From Longimicrobiales bacterium (GTDB lineage: Bacteria > Gemmatimonadota > Gemmatimonadetes > Longimicrobiales > Gaopeijiaceae), in assembly GCA_965219445.1 (NCBI GenBank), contig CBDCNQ010000003.1, positions 32,001 through 96,000 on the forward strand: 64,000 nt of DNA, in the 5' to 3' direction. Shown piece after piece: positions 39,928 to 50,285 of the stretch. The notes beneath the pieces are model-generated. The model made no database searches. It saw only the letters and a list, made by a program, of their open reading frames with translations, and had not been told where the DNA came from. The translations under genes and the position numbers were made by a program. Within the stretch, counting starts at the first letter, position 1, and every line of letters starts with the position of its first letter.

Positions 39928-40821
39928 ATGACACGCAAAAAGGCGAGCGACTTCGATCAGGGGCTTCTCGATCTGTTCGATAAGTACGTTCACGGTTTCA
40001 TCAACCGCCGTCAGTTTCTCGACCGTGCCTCGGCCTTCGCCGTAGGGGGTGTTTCCGCCGCCTCCCTGCTGGAGAGCCTGAGCCCCAACTACGACGATCG
40101 CCAGCAAGTGAGGAGTGACGACGCGCAGGTGAGCGGAGAGTACGTCGAGTACTCCTCGCCGCGGGGCGCCGGCACGATGCGCGGATACTTGGTGCGACCG
40201 GCGGGTTCGGACGGTGACTTGCCAGGCGTGGTCGTGGTTCATGAGAATCGAGGCCTCAACCCGTACATCGAGGATGTCGCACGCCGTGCAGCGCTCGCCG
40301 GATTCCTGGCGTTCGCGCCCGACGCGCTTACGCCGCTCGGCGGCTACCCCGGCAACGATGACGACGGTCGTACGCTTCAGGGCCAGCGGGATCGCGCCGA
40401 GATGCAAGAGGATTTCGTTGCGGCCGGAGGCTTCCTGAAATCCCACGAAGAGTGCACCGGGAACATCGGCGTGGTGGGCTTCTGCTACGGTGGTGGGATC
40501 TGCAACATGATGGCCGTGCGCATCCCTGACCTCGGGGCTTCGGTTCCCTTTTACGGAAGTCAACCCGCGGGAGAGGACGTAGACAGAATCAACGCGCCGC
40601 TGCTCATCCACTACGCGGGTCTGGACGAGCGAATCAACGCCGGATGGCCCACCTATGAGGCCGCGCTACAGGCCCACGACAAGACGTACACGATGCACAT
40701 GTACGAGGGCGTCAATCACGGATTCCACAACGACACGACGCCCCGTTACGACGAAGCAGCGGCCACGTTGGCATGGCGGCGGACCATCGACTTCTTCAAC
40801 CGGACGTTGCGCGGAATGTAA
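39928..40821 (+). CDS. Dienelactone hydrolase family (YghX-like)
   Basis: [32 protein letters not shown]. Confidence 0.9.
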   Translation: MTRKKASDFDQGLLDLFDKYVHGFINRRQFLDRASAFAVGGVSAASLLESLSPNYDDRQQVRSDDAQVSGEYVEYSSPRGAGTMRGYLVRPAGSDGDLPGVVVVHENRGLNPYIEDVARRAALAGFLAFAPDALTPLGGYPGNDDDGRTLQGQRDRAEMQEDFVAAGGFLKSHEECTGNIGVVGFCYGGGICNMMAVRIPDLGASVPFYGSQPAGEDVDRINAPLLIHYAGLDERINAGWPTYEAALQAHDKTYTMHMYEGVNHGFHNDTTPRYDEAAATLAWRRTIDFFNRTLRGM

Positions 40822-40867
40822 GTCGCTTGCCCCATTGACCTCCGCAGCCGAGAGAGCGGTTGGTCCG

Positions 40868-40909
40868 CCGAGGGTTTTGGGGTCCCAAGTGGGACCCCAA
40901 AACCCTCGG
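40868..40909. repeat. Perfect 20 bp-arm palindrome between convergent genes
   Basis: CCGAGGGTTTTGGGGTCCCA-AG-TGGGACCCCAAAACCCTCGG. Confidence 0.85.
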
Positions 40910-40964
40910 GTTACGTGCCGCCCGACGTTCCCTTAGATCGGCGTCAGCTTCTGATCGGGCACAG

Positions 40965-42215
40965 TCACCAAGCCACACGCAGCTGCCGTCCCACGATCTT
41001 CGCAGGGTCGGCGCCGGGCCTCGGGACGAACTTTTGTACCCGGCCGGCGAACACTTCCGAAATGTACAGGTTGCCGTCCCGATCGGTCGTGATCGAGTGC
41101 GGGCCGTTGAAGTGCCCGTAACCGTCGCCCGGGGTGCCCCAGCCATAGATGTAATTTCCCGCCAGATCGTACTTCAGCATTCGGCCTGAACTGCCGTCCG
41201 CTACCCAAAGGAAGTCCTCTCCTGTCGGATCCTGGAGAATCTCGATCGCGTACGGGAGAGACTCCCCCCGCATGCCAGTCGGGAACATGAACTGGTAGTT
41301 CCCGTTCTCGTCGAACACCTGGATCCGCGCGTGAGCCCGATCCGACACATAGATCAACCGGTCCGCACTGATCGTGATGGCGTGGACGGTGTTGAACTCG
41401 TTGGGACCCGGGTTGGCGGGATCGGCCGGGGCCTCGCCCCAATCCATGATGAAGTTGTCGTTGGCGTCGAACTTCGCTACGCGCGTTCCGACGTAGCCGT
41501 CACTGATGAAGTACGTCCCGTCGGGCAGCCAGGCGATGTCCGTCGGGCGCGCGAAATTGTTCGGCCCGCGTCCGGGCATACTCCGCTCTCCATGTGTGAG
41601 CACCAGCTCCCCGTCGTAGGTGAACTTGTGGATCTGATGGAGGTTGTCGTCGACGACCCAGATGTGCTTCTCCGGGTCGTAGGGGTTCATCTTGATCTTG
41701 TGCGGTCCGCGCCCGCCCCGTACGTCGAAGAGTTGGTCGTGCTGCGGCCAATATTCGACAAGCTCTCCTTCGGAATTCACAGCGATCATGACGTGCAGGT
41801 ACCGCCGCTCATACCCGCGAACTCCGTTATCGTCGTTGGGCGACGAGTTCCCGCGGGAGGGGTCCAGGAGGGCGTAGGGTGTCCACGGATCCGCCCCTTC
41901 CGGGAGCGGGAGCTCTCCGCGCATGGCGATCCAGATTCGGTCTGTGCTCTCGGCAAAGACCGCCCCCATGGACCCCCAGGTCCAACCGTCGTGGGAGTGG
42001 TCGTCGTCCGGCAGAGGCTGCGGGAACGGCTCAGGTCGGCTGTAGTGGCCGAACAGCTCCTGCCCGTCATGCACCAGCATGCCTTCCTGCATGCTGCTCA
42101 TGGCCATGACTTCGCCTCCTGACCCGGTCTCCTGCGGTGTACAACCCGCAGTCAAGACGACCCCAAGGACCGCAACCAACGTCAGCAGCTTGGAACACCG
42201 ATACGATGAACTCAT
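40965..42215 (-). CDS. NHL-repeat PAL-like lipoprotein with the full PAL motif set
   Basis: Lipobox TAGC; GPHKI, SDGY, TVHAI, SDRAHARIQ, GPHSI. Confidence 0.85.
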   Translation of the reverse strand: MSSSYRCSKLLTLVAVLGVVLTAGCTPQETGSGGEVMAMSSMQEGMLVHDGQELFGHYSRPEPFPQPLPDDDHSHDGWTWGSMGAVFAESTDRIWIAMRGELPLPEGADPWTPYALLDPSRGNSSPNDDNGVRGYERRYLHVMIAVNSEGELVEYWPQHDQLFDVRGGRGPHKIKMNPYDPEKHIWVVDDNLHQIHKFTYDGELVLTHGERSMPGRGPNNFARPTDIAWLPDGTYFISDGYVGTRVAKFDANDNFIMDWGEAPADPANPGPNEFNTVHAITISADRLIYVSDRAHARIQVFDENGNYQFMFPTGMRGESLPYAIEILQDPTGEDFLWVADGSSGRMLKYDLAGNYIYGWGTPGDGYGHFNGPHSITTDRDGNLYISEVFAGRVQKFVPRPGADPAKIVGRQLRVAW

Positions 42216-42374
42216 AATGCCCTCCTCCCGGGGTGGTACTCCGGTATGCGACGGTTCGTAATCAAACACCTTTCCATGGTGTTACCCGCTGACCACCGGC
42301 CAGCGGAGTCTCAATCAAACGATCAGAATCCACTCTTTGTCCCCCACGCGCCAGTCCTCCTGGGCTTTTGCTCC

Positions 42375-44075
42375 CTAGTACACCACCGCCATCCCGTCCT
42401 TGTGCGGCGTCGACCCGCCGATCATCGCACCGGTGAGCCGATCGAACATGATCAGCTGAGCGCCTCCTACACCTCCGCGGGTCGTTCTCCGTTGGACCAC
42501 GTGACCCATCGCTTCGAGCCGGGTCAATACCGCCTCGTCGATGCCGGGTTCGACGGTCACTTCGAGCCCGCTGCCGTGATTGATCCGAGGGATCTCGACG
42601 GCTTGCTGGGCGTTCATTCCGAATTCGACGACGTTCAGGAAGATCTGCGCGTGCTGTTGGGGCTGAACCGCGCCACCCATGGCCCCGAACGTCATGAAAA
42701 ACTCACCGTCCTTGAACGCCATCGCCGGGATGATCGTGTGGAATGGGCGCTTGTGCGGCTCGACGACGTTGATGTGGCCGGGCTGGCGCGAGAAGAGTGC
42801 GGCCCGGTTCTGCAGCGGAAAGCCGGTTCCCGGAGCCACGAGTCCCGAGCCGAAGCCCGAGTAGATACTGTAGATGAACGAGACGGCGTTGTGGTCCTTG
42901 TCCATGACCTCGAGGAGGACCGTGTCTCCGTTGCCGAAGATGCCCGATTCGGGTCGCTCCATGGCCCTCTTCGAGTCGATGCGCTCGAACTGCTGCCGAG
43001 CGTACTCGGTGGAGATGATCTGCTGGGTCGGGAGATTGTTGAACTCCGGATCCCCGTTCCATTTCTGAATGTCTGCGTAGGCGAGCTTCTTCGCCTCGAT
43101 GATGTGATGGAGGTACTCCGCGGAGTTGTGGCCCATCGCGGCGAGGTCGACGTTTTCGAGGATCTGGATCATCTCGAGCGCGGCGATGCCCTGACCGTTG
43201 GGCGGCAGCTCGTAGAGCCGGTAGTTCTTGTAGTCGGCGAAGATCGGCTCGACCCACGTCGAGGTGTGATCCTCGAAGTCCTTCATGGTGAGGAAGCCGT
43301 CATGCTGGTCGGAGTACGCCACGATCGCTTCGGCGATCGGGCCTTTGTAGAAGGCGTCCCGGCCGTGCTCGGCGAGCAGCCTGAACGAGTGAGCCAAATC
43401 CGGGTTACGGAACACATCGCCGGCCCTGGGCGCACGCTCGCCGTCGAGGAGCAGCGCGGCCCTCGTCGACGACTCTTCATTCCGCTCGAGCCCCCGCCAG
43501 GAGCCAGCGATGATGGGCGAGACGGGGAAGCCATTCTCGGCGTAGTAGATCGCGGGCTCGAGAACGTCGGCCATGGTCATGGTCCCGTACTGCTCGAGCA
43601 CCTCGAACCATCCGTCGACCGCCCCGGGCACCGAGACGGAGTAGATGCCACGGATGCGATCCATGTCATGCTTGTCCAGCCTCGTGTTCAGCGCGTCGAG
43701 CGTCATCGAGTATGGAGCCCGCCCGCTCGCATTGATACCGACGAGCTTATCCTCTTCTGCCATGTAGATCATGATGAACGCGTCACCGCCGATGCTCGTG
43801 CTGTTGGGTTCGACCACAGTCAGCACGGCCGCGGTAGCGACGGCGGCGTCGATCGCGTTGCCGCCCTTCTTCAGGATGTCGAGTCCGGCGTTCGAGGCGA
43901 GCGGTTGGCTCGTGGCCACGACCCCGCGGAGCCCCATGGCCGGGGAACGCAGCGTCTCGTATGGGAATCCCTCGTCGTCCTGTGCCTCGCCGGGTTGTGT
44001 GCCTGGACCGACGAAGAGGGCGGGAAGCAGCAGGATGAGGGCCGTGGGCAGGTGCTCGACGGTGGTGCTCAGCAT
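42375..44075 (-). CDS. ggt: Gamma-glutamyltransferase
   Basis: GGNAIDAAVA, SVPGAVDGW, PPNGQG, GDTV nucleophile, KRPFHTIIP, MGG..QPQ. Confidence 0.93.
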   Translation of the reverse strand: MLSTTVEHLPTALILLLPALFVGPGTQPGEAQDDEGFPYETLRSPAMGLRGVVATSQPLASNAGLDILKKGGNAIDAAVATAAVLTVVEPNSTSIGGDAFIMIYMAEEDKLVGINASGRAPYSMTLDALNTRLDKHDMDRIRGIYSVSVPGAVDGWFEVLEQYGTMTMADVLEPAIYYAENGFPVSPIIAGSWRGLERNEESSTRAALLLDGERAPRAGDVFRNPDLAHSFRLLAEHGRDAFYKGPIAEAIVAYSDQHDGFLTMKDFEDHTSTWVEPIFADYKNYRLYELPPNGQGIAALEMIQILENVDLAAMGHNSAEYLHHIIEAKKLAYADIQKWNGDPEFNNLPTQQIISTEYARQQFERIDSKRAMERPESGIFGNGDTVLLEVMDKDHNAVSFIYSIYSGFGSGLVAPGTGFPLQNRAALFSRQPGHINVVEPHKRPFHTIIPAMAFKDGEFFMTFGAMGGAVQPQQHAQIFLNVVEFGMNAQQAVEIPRINHGSGLEVTVEPGIDEAVLTRLEAMGHVVQRRTTRGGVGGAQLIMFDRLTGAMIGGSTPHKDGMAVVY

Positions 44076-44347
44076 GGTTCTCCTCTCGGTATCAGTTGTC
44101 CTGCATACTACTCGCGCTCGATGTGTCCGTCGAGATCCGCACGGTCGGGATAGCCAACCCAAAAGCCCCTTGACGGGTGGGGAGAACGTGAGGGGCGGGA
44201 CCGAAGCGGTCAACGGCGTTACGGATCGACGAAATCGGGGTCGACATCGTATGAGTGGGCCGGTGGCCGAAAGCACGGTGCTGATCGCTTTTCGAGTGTG
44301 CGTGCGTTACATCTGTATACGATTCCCATCGGCTAGGAGAACGGGAG

Positions 44348-45388
44348 ATGAGCACACGATCTTCGACTACGCTTCTGGGGCTCTGCCTCGCGACGGCTGC
44401 GGCAGCGCTGCTGTCGCCCGCAGCGGCTCAGCAGTGGGTGATGCTCCGGACCCCCGACGGTCATCCGGATCTCCAGGGAAAGTGGAACAACGGGACCATG
44501 ACGCCCTTCCAGCGTAGAGGAGACCGTGGGCCGGTCTTCACCCCGGAGGAGGTTGCCGAGATGGAGCAGGGACATGCGGACCGTCTCGTCCGTGGCGCCC
44601 TGCCAAGCGACCCGAACCGTCCGGCCCCACCAACGGGTCAGGGAGTTGGTAGCTACAACGTGGTCTGGTTCGAGCAAGGCGATCGGGTGGCAGTCGTCAA
44701 CGGTGAGCCCCGGACCTCGCTCATCACCTATCCTTCCAACGGCCGGATTCCTGCGCTCACGGCCGAGGGCCAGGAGCGGAAGGACGAATACCATGGGTTC
44801 CGGTCGCAGTTCGGCCAGTACGACCATCCGGAGCTTCGGCCGATGGCGGAACGTTGCGTCGTCTATTACGGGTTGAGCCCCACCGGCCTCCTCGGGCCTC
44901 CGATGACGCCCACAGGGGGATACAACAACAACTTCCACGTCATCCAGACGGCGGACTACGTCGTGATCTACGCGGAGATGATCCACGACATCCGGATCAT
45001 CCGGCTCGGCGAGCCGAATCGGCTGCCAAGTCACGTGCGGCCCTGGTTCGGCGACTCCTGGGGCCGCTGGGAGGGCAACACGCTGGTGGTCGAGACCACC
45101 AACATCCACCCCGACATGGGCTACGATGAGCAAGCCGACAAGATCCCTAATTCAGAGGATCTGAGAGTGATCGAGCGCTTCACCCGAGTCGACGAAGACA
45201 ACATGCTCTACGAGTTCGAGATTCACGACCCGAGGACCTACACCGAGGTGTGGGGCGGGCAGGTGCCCTGGCGGAGGTTCGACGAGCAGATCTACGAATA
45301 CGCCTGTCACGAGGGCAACTACGCGCTCGCGAACGTCTTGAGTGGTGCGCGCTACCAGGAAAGGCAGGCGGCGGAAAGTCGGCCCTAG
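44348..45388 (+). CDS. Secreted hypothetical protein (PDLQG.W...CHEGNY family)
   Basis: DGHPDLQGKW, GDSWGRWEG, EYACHEGNY. Confidence 0.8.
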   Translation: MSTRSSTTLLGLCLATAAAALLSPAAAQQWVMLRTPDGHPDLQGKWNNGTMTPFQRRGDRGPVFTPEEVAEMEQGHADRLVRGALPSDPNRPAPPTGQGVGSYNVVWFEQGDRVAVVNGEPRTSLITYPSNGRIPALTAEGQERKDEYHGFRSQFGQYDHPELRPMAERCVVYYGLSPTGLLGPPMTPTGGYNNNFHVIQTADYVVIYAEMIHDIRIIRLGEPNRLPSHVRPWFGDSWGRWEGNTLVVETTNIHPDMGYDEQADKIPNSEDLRVIERFTRVDEDNMLYEFEIHDPRTYTEVWGGQVPWRRFDEQIYEYACHEGNYALANVLSGARYQERQAAESRP

Positions 45389-45829
45389 TCGGGGTGTCAA
45401 ATGCCGCCGGGCGCGTCCCACTCCCAAGTCTTGGAGACGAGTGTTCCGCGCATGCTGAACGAGCAATCCCTTGTTGGTTCGGTTTATCGAATAAGCTGAA
45501 CTAAGATGGTGCTTTGGTTCAGGCTCGCAAGCATCAAATACTGACCCGCAAGGGTCAGGCGGTGCGTCCCACCGCAAGTTAGAGGCATCGGACATCGAGC
45601 AGTCCGTGGATGGGCCGATCAAACACCAGTGCCCTCCCCTTGCTGATCATTGTTCGACTCCGTAGCGTCGGACTTGGCGCAGCTTCCTGCAACCGACAGC
45701 ACCTGACCACATGCACCGAACCGTTCGAAGAAAAGCTTGCATCAAAGGGGGCGTCCATAGACGACAGCACCTGACCACATGCACCGAACCGGAACCTGTC
45801 AACGCCAGTGAGACACTCTTGGAAATCAA

Positions 45830-46837
45830 TTAGAGAGCAATCTCCTGTGTCGTGAGGGATGGGGTGGGAGGATTGATCCAGACGGCCTCCGGGAGTGGTT
45901 TAGGCTTCGGCTCACCGGAGACGAAGCGCTCGGGATGAGCGGCCCATGCCTCACGGAGCACGGCCTTCCTGCAGGCGATGATCCGATCGGCGTGACCGAA
46001 GTGGACCTGTTCGGGGGTCAGCATCGAGATGCCGCCATGGCGGTGCTCGGCATTATACCAACGGAAGAACGAGCGACAGAAGGTCTTGGCTTGCCCCTGA
46101 TCCCCGAACCGGCCGGGAAACGAGGGATGGTACTTCAAGGTCTTGAACTGAGCCTCGGAGAACGGATTGTCATCCGAGACCTGGGGTCGGCCCAACGAGC
46201 GGGTCACGCCGAGATCGGCGAGTAGTTGAGCCGTGCATTGGCTCGTCATCGGAGCCCCTCGATCGGAATGCAGGGTCAGGAGGTGGGGCTGGACGCCATG
46301 CTTCAAGCAACTCTGCTGGATCAGCCGGCTGGCCAGGGCAGAGTTCTCCCGATCCGCCACCATCCATCCCACGACGTAGCGGCTGAAGATGTCCAGGATC
46401 ACGTAGAGGTAGAAGTAACTCCACTTCTTCGGCCCCAGCAGCCGGGTGATATCCCAGGACCAGACCTGGTTCGGGCCCCTCGCCATCAACTCGGGCTTCT
46501 GGTATTTGGGATGACTCCGCTGCGCTCGACGCTCCTGAACCGGCACCTGGGAAGCCAGAACGCGATACATCGTACGCTCGCTGCACAGGTAGACGTCCTC
46601 GTCGAGCAGCGTCGCCACCACCTCGGCTGGGGACCGGTCCACGAACCGCTCCGAACACAGGGTGTCGAAAATCTTGTCCCGCTCCCTCTCACTTAAGGCC
46701 CGGGCGGGGGTCGGGCGGGGCTGCTGATGCCCGGTCGATGCACTCCGACGACGGTAGAACGTGGCTCGCGGCACCCTGAGCGCATCGCACGCGGGCTTCA
46801 CCCCTACGTGCTTGGCTAGCTCCTGGGTCGCCTTCAT
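45830..46837 (-). CDS. IS3 transposase OrfB (DDE integrase core)
   Basis: PNQVWSWDIT, LDIFSRYVVGW, HSDRG, DNPFSEAQFKTLKY. Confidence 0.93.
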   Translation of the reverse strand: MKATQELAKHVGVKPACDALRVPRATFYRRRSASTGHQQPRPTPARALSERERDKIFDTLCSERFVDRSPAEVVATLLDEDVYLCSERTMYRVLASQVPVQERRAQRSHPKYQKPELMARGPNQVWSWDITRLLGPKKWSYFYLYVILDIFSRYVVGWMVADRENSALASRLIQQSCLKHGVQPHLLTLHSDRGAPMTSQCTAQLLADLGVTRSLGRPQVSDDNPFSEAQFKTLKYHPSFPGRFGDQGQAKTFCRSFFRWYNAEHRHGGISMLTPEQVHFGHADRIIACRKAVLREAWAAHPERFVSGEPKPKPLPEAVWINPPTPSLTTQEIAL

Positions 46838-47262
46838 GAGTTCGTCCCGTCCTCGAGGCTCAATCCCAGCAGCCCTGCAACTTTTCCCTGGACGTCGATG
46901 ATCAAGTGCGCCTTCTGGAGCTCCTTCTCGAGGCGAGTGTTCTCGCGCTCCAGCTTGCGCACCTTCTCCTCCAGCGGATTGCGCTCGCGCTTACGGCCTC
47001 GTTTCTTCGACAGCGCTTTCAGGGACCCGCTATGCGCCGCCTTGCGCCATGTCGTCAGGTGCGACGAGTACAAGCCCTCCCGCCGTAGGAGTCGGCCAAC
47101 CTCTCCGGGCTCCGTGCACCGGTCCGCTTCTTCGACGATCCGCAGCTTGTACGACGGAGCGAACCGCCGGCGCAGCGGCCTATCTACCACCTCCGAGTCC
47201 GCAGGAGCTGCCGCGCTTCGCTTACCGTCCCAGGTTGGTGGGGCTATTCCATTCTCTTTCAT
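46834..47262 (-). CDS. IS3 transposase OrfA
   Basis: RRRFAPSYKLRIV, LRREGLYSSHLTTWR, coiled coil; overlaps orfB (ATGA). Confidence 0.9.
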   Translation of the reverse strand: MKENGIAPPTWDGKRSAAAPADSEVVDRPLRRRFAPSYKLRIVEEADRCTEPGEVGRLLRREGLYSSHLTTWRKAAHSGSLKALSKKRGRKRERNPLEEKVRKLERENTRLEKELQKAHLIIDVQGKVAGLLGLSLEDGTNS

Positions 47263-47575
47263 TCTCTCTCGGTGTCTCAGCATCCTCGGTTTCTCTGCCT
47301 TCGCCCTACTCTAATTCCTTAGCTGCTCCGTGTCTCACGTAAGTTGGCAGAGAGGGAACCGTTCGAAGAAAAGCTTGCATCAAAGGGGGCGTCCATAGAC
47401 GACAGCACCTGACCACATGCACCGAACCGTTCGAAGAAAAGCTTGCATCAAAGGGGGCGTCCATAGACGTTCGTTCGACACTTGAGCCGAGGAAAGATTG
47501 GGGACGCAGAGTGCGGCCAAGAGCAGGGAGAGATGGCGCCTGATTGGTTCGAATCCTCCTGCGCTGCGGGGACGG

Positions 47576-49053
47576 TCAGCGGAGTTCGCGCACGCCGACG
47601 TAGAAGTTGGGGTCCACCCGGGTCCGACCCCCCGACGCCACCGATTGCCACTCCGTTATTGGGAATAGCCGTGTGTATCCGTCGCCATCCAGCGATACCC
47701 CAATAGGCATGTCGAAATCGGCCACGACGTTGTTCCATCGGTAGGAGATCGAGTCCCCATCCGTCCGATACTCGAAAGTCGGGATCATGGTTGTTCGTAG
47801 GTACTGATCGAACACTTTCGACAGGTCAACGCCCACCCGTTCGCTGATGTATCGCTCGACGTCCTCGCCGGTCACGATGGAATGCCGGAAGGTTGTGTTG
47901 AGGCCACGCAGAATGTCCCGCCAGAGAACGTCATCATCCACGACTTGGCGGAGGGTGTGCAGTAGATTGGCGCCCTTGTTGTACATGTCGTCGGACCCGT
48001 CGCTGTTGACCCCGAAGCTCCCGACCACGGGCAGTTGGTTGGTGATCCTCGTGCGCGTGCCGATCACGTATTCGGAGGCGCGTTCCTCGCTCCCGGTGAG
48101 ACACTCGACGTAGAGGTTCTCCGCATAGGTTGCGAAGCCCTCGTGGATCCAGTTTTCCGCCACGTCTGCGGCCGTGATGTTGTTCCCCCACCACTCGTGC
48201 GCCGACTCGTGTACGATGATGTAATCCCACGTGAGGCCTTGGCCCGTTCCGGACAGATCGTTGCCGAGGTACCCATTCTGGTAGCCGTTCCCGTAAGCCA
48301 CCGCGCTCTGGTGTTCCATACCGAGGTGCGGCGTTTCAATGAGCTTGAAACCGTCCTCGTACCAGGGGAACGGTCCGAACCATTCCTCGAAGCAGCGAAG
48401 GGTGGGGTGTGCCTGCGCCCACTGCCTCCGCGCAGCCGCCTCGTCTCCGCGAGTGGCCAGAAGTCCATCGTCAACGTGCCGAGTTCGCCCTGGTACTCCT
48501 CTTCCCAGTGGGCGTACTCGCCCATGCTCACGGTGATGTTGTAGCTGTTGATCGGATTGGCGACGAACCACTCGTACGTCGTGGTGCCATCACCATTCCT
48601 CGTCGTCGAGCGCAACCGGCCGTTCGAGACGTCCACGTAGGGATCGGGCACGGTGATGGCGATGCGTTGACTGTCGGGCTCGGCGGATTGCAGGTCCTTG
48701 GTCGGCCACCACACGCTGGCTCCGAGTCCCTGGTTGGCGGTGGCCACCCAGGGATTTCCGCTGCGGTCCTCCCGCCAGATGAAACCCCCATCCCACGGGG
48801 GGTTCTCTGCTGCCCTCGGGATGCCGTGGTAGTACGCGGTGACCTCCTTGGTCAGTCCGGCCGCCTGGTCGGATCGAAGCGCCACGAAGAACGCGTTGCC
48901 ATCCCTGCGGTACTCGATCGCCCGGCCGTCCTGCACGATGCTGTCGATCTCCATCGGCATCTGCAGGTCGATTTGCATTTCTGTGGCCGGCTCGAGCACC
49001 CGGTAGGTGATCCGGTTCCACCCCTCTATTCGCTCGTTCGCTGAGTCGATCGT
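47576..49053 (-). pseudogene. M1 aminopeptidase, main body (N-terminus displaced to 57074; frameshift near 48444)
   Basis: GASVWWP.KD, GMEHQS, HESAHEWWGN..WIHEGFA zinc motif, YNKG. Confidence 0.85.
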
Positions 49054-50089
49054 GAATCAACTCCTCAGCGGAAAGACGGCTTTGGGCCACGGTGATCTGG
49101 TCCAAGCGGACCCGGAGGCCTATACCCTCCTCGAGGAGGGTCTTCACCATTCGAGAGATTTCCTCTCTCGGCATTCCCTCCGTCGCCAGCACGTGAATCC
49201 GAAGCCCTTCAACGCTGTCGACGACGATACGTGCGGAAGCGATGGCCCTCGCCGACTCCAGAAGCGATTCGCCCCGTTCACGTAGTATCGCCCGCGGGTC
49301 AGCCCCGCCACCTGACTCGATCAGTTCCGTCGCCTCCCAGGCCGGTCGACCTCCCTTCATCGACAACCGGGTCACCCTGCGAGCCGTGGCCTCGAGTGTT
49401 GCACGAACAACGGCGGGGCCGGAGTCCCCCGTCAACGGCCAGGCGGCGATGAGCGGCACCGCATGTTCAGACATCGTGACCACCACCACCACCGCCACGC
49501 GCGAGCCACCAAGGGAAAATTCGGATACGCTCTCGAGCGCGAGGGTCGGCCCGTCGCCGCCCTCAGATGCGAAACGAATGTAAGAGCCGACAGCGCTCAG
49601 TGTGGCCAGGGCAGGTAACCGATCGCTGCCTGGAGAGTTGGCCTTCCCTGACGCGCCCCCGGCATAGCGACGGCCCCCGACGCTGAGGGTCAACTCGACT
49701 CCGACGACCCCCGGGCTGACGTCATGCACCTGGTGAGCTATGAGTCTGAAGCCCCCCGTTTCGGGCGTATCTGGTGTGGCCGTAACAGGGTCTTCGTGGG
49801 GCTCATCCCGGACCTGGAGGGACCCGTCGCCCACCGACGTAACCTGGATACGGAATAAGGCTCCTAGCGCGGGCTCGTCGGCGTTCGCCTGGAGAGCAGT
49901 ACGAACCGCCTCGAGCGTTTCCGAAACGGGCGGATCTCCCTCGACCAGAAGGCGCACCTCAGGCGCATTGGCCAGGTCACCCTCTAGGGAGGCGGAAAGC
50001 ACCCCCGGTAAAGCCTCCAGGAGGCGCTCCGCCCCATGCATCCACGTCGAAAATTTCTCCACTCGGGAGGCCCCCAACGCAATATCCAA
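49054..50089 (-). pseudogene. N-terminal part of hypothetical protein X, cut by the inversion
   Basis: Repeated unit AERLL..LPGV / RIHVLA...ITVAQ; ORF runs out of frame into peptidase DNA after SAEEL. Confidence 0.7.
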
Positions 50090-50285
50090 AGGCAGGAGGT
50101 ACTGATTCTTGGGATAGAGTCGGGTTTGTGCAAGTTCCGTCGAGTGGAGATTCCACCAAGGACGCCTGGCACGCCTGTAATCTCACTCGGGTTGCAGTTT
50201 ACGGCTCGACTCGGCATGGTGATCCCCTAGCAGGGCCGGAGGCACACATCGAGTGCCGGAGACACTTCACGAGGAGGTGACCTGG

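Larger units (their letters stand above)
45790..47356 (-). mobile_element. IS3-family insertion sequence
   Basis: Imperfect IRs TGTCAACGCCAGTGAGACAC / TGCCAACTTACGTGAGACAC, apparent AAC target duplication, orfA plus orfB. Confidence 0.9.
45694..47469. repeat. 3 x 68 bp exact tandem repeat, middle copy interrupted by IS3
   Basis: Unit CGACAGCACC...GTCCATAGA at 45694, at 45762 (continuing after the IS) and at 47400. Confidence 0.9.

Noticed and set aside
45390..45693. Hairpin-rich intergenic stretch as a large ncRNA
   Set aside because: Several short stems exist (e.g. CTGACCC-GCAA-GGGTCAG), but no RNase P, tmRNA or intron signature; the adjacent DNA looks like a decayed minus-strand gene
45694..47469. 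CRISPR array (68 bp periodicity)
   Set aside because: Whole units are identical with no unique spacers, and there are no cas genes
47520..47565. tRNA-like GGTTCGAATCC
   Set aside because: No D-arm or anticodon arm; it is the reverse complement of an RBS region
48590..50089. 499 aa ORF as one intact protein
   Set aside because: Its last ~155 codons are an out-of-frame read-through into the peptidase body across the inversion junction
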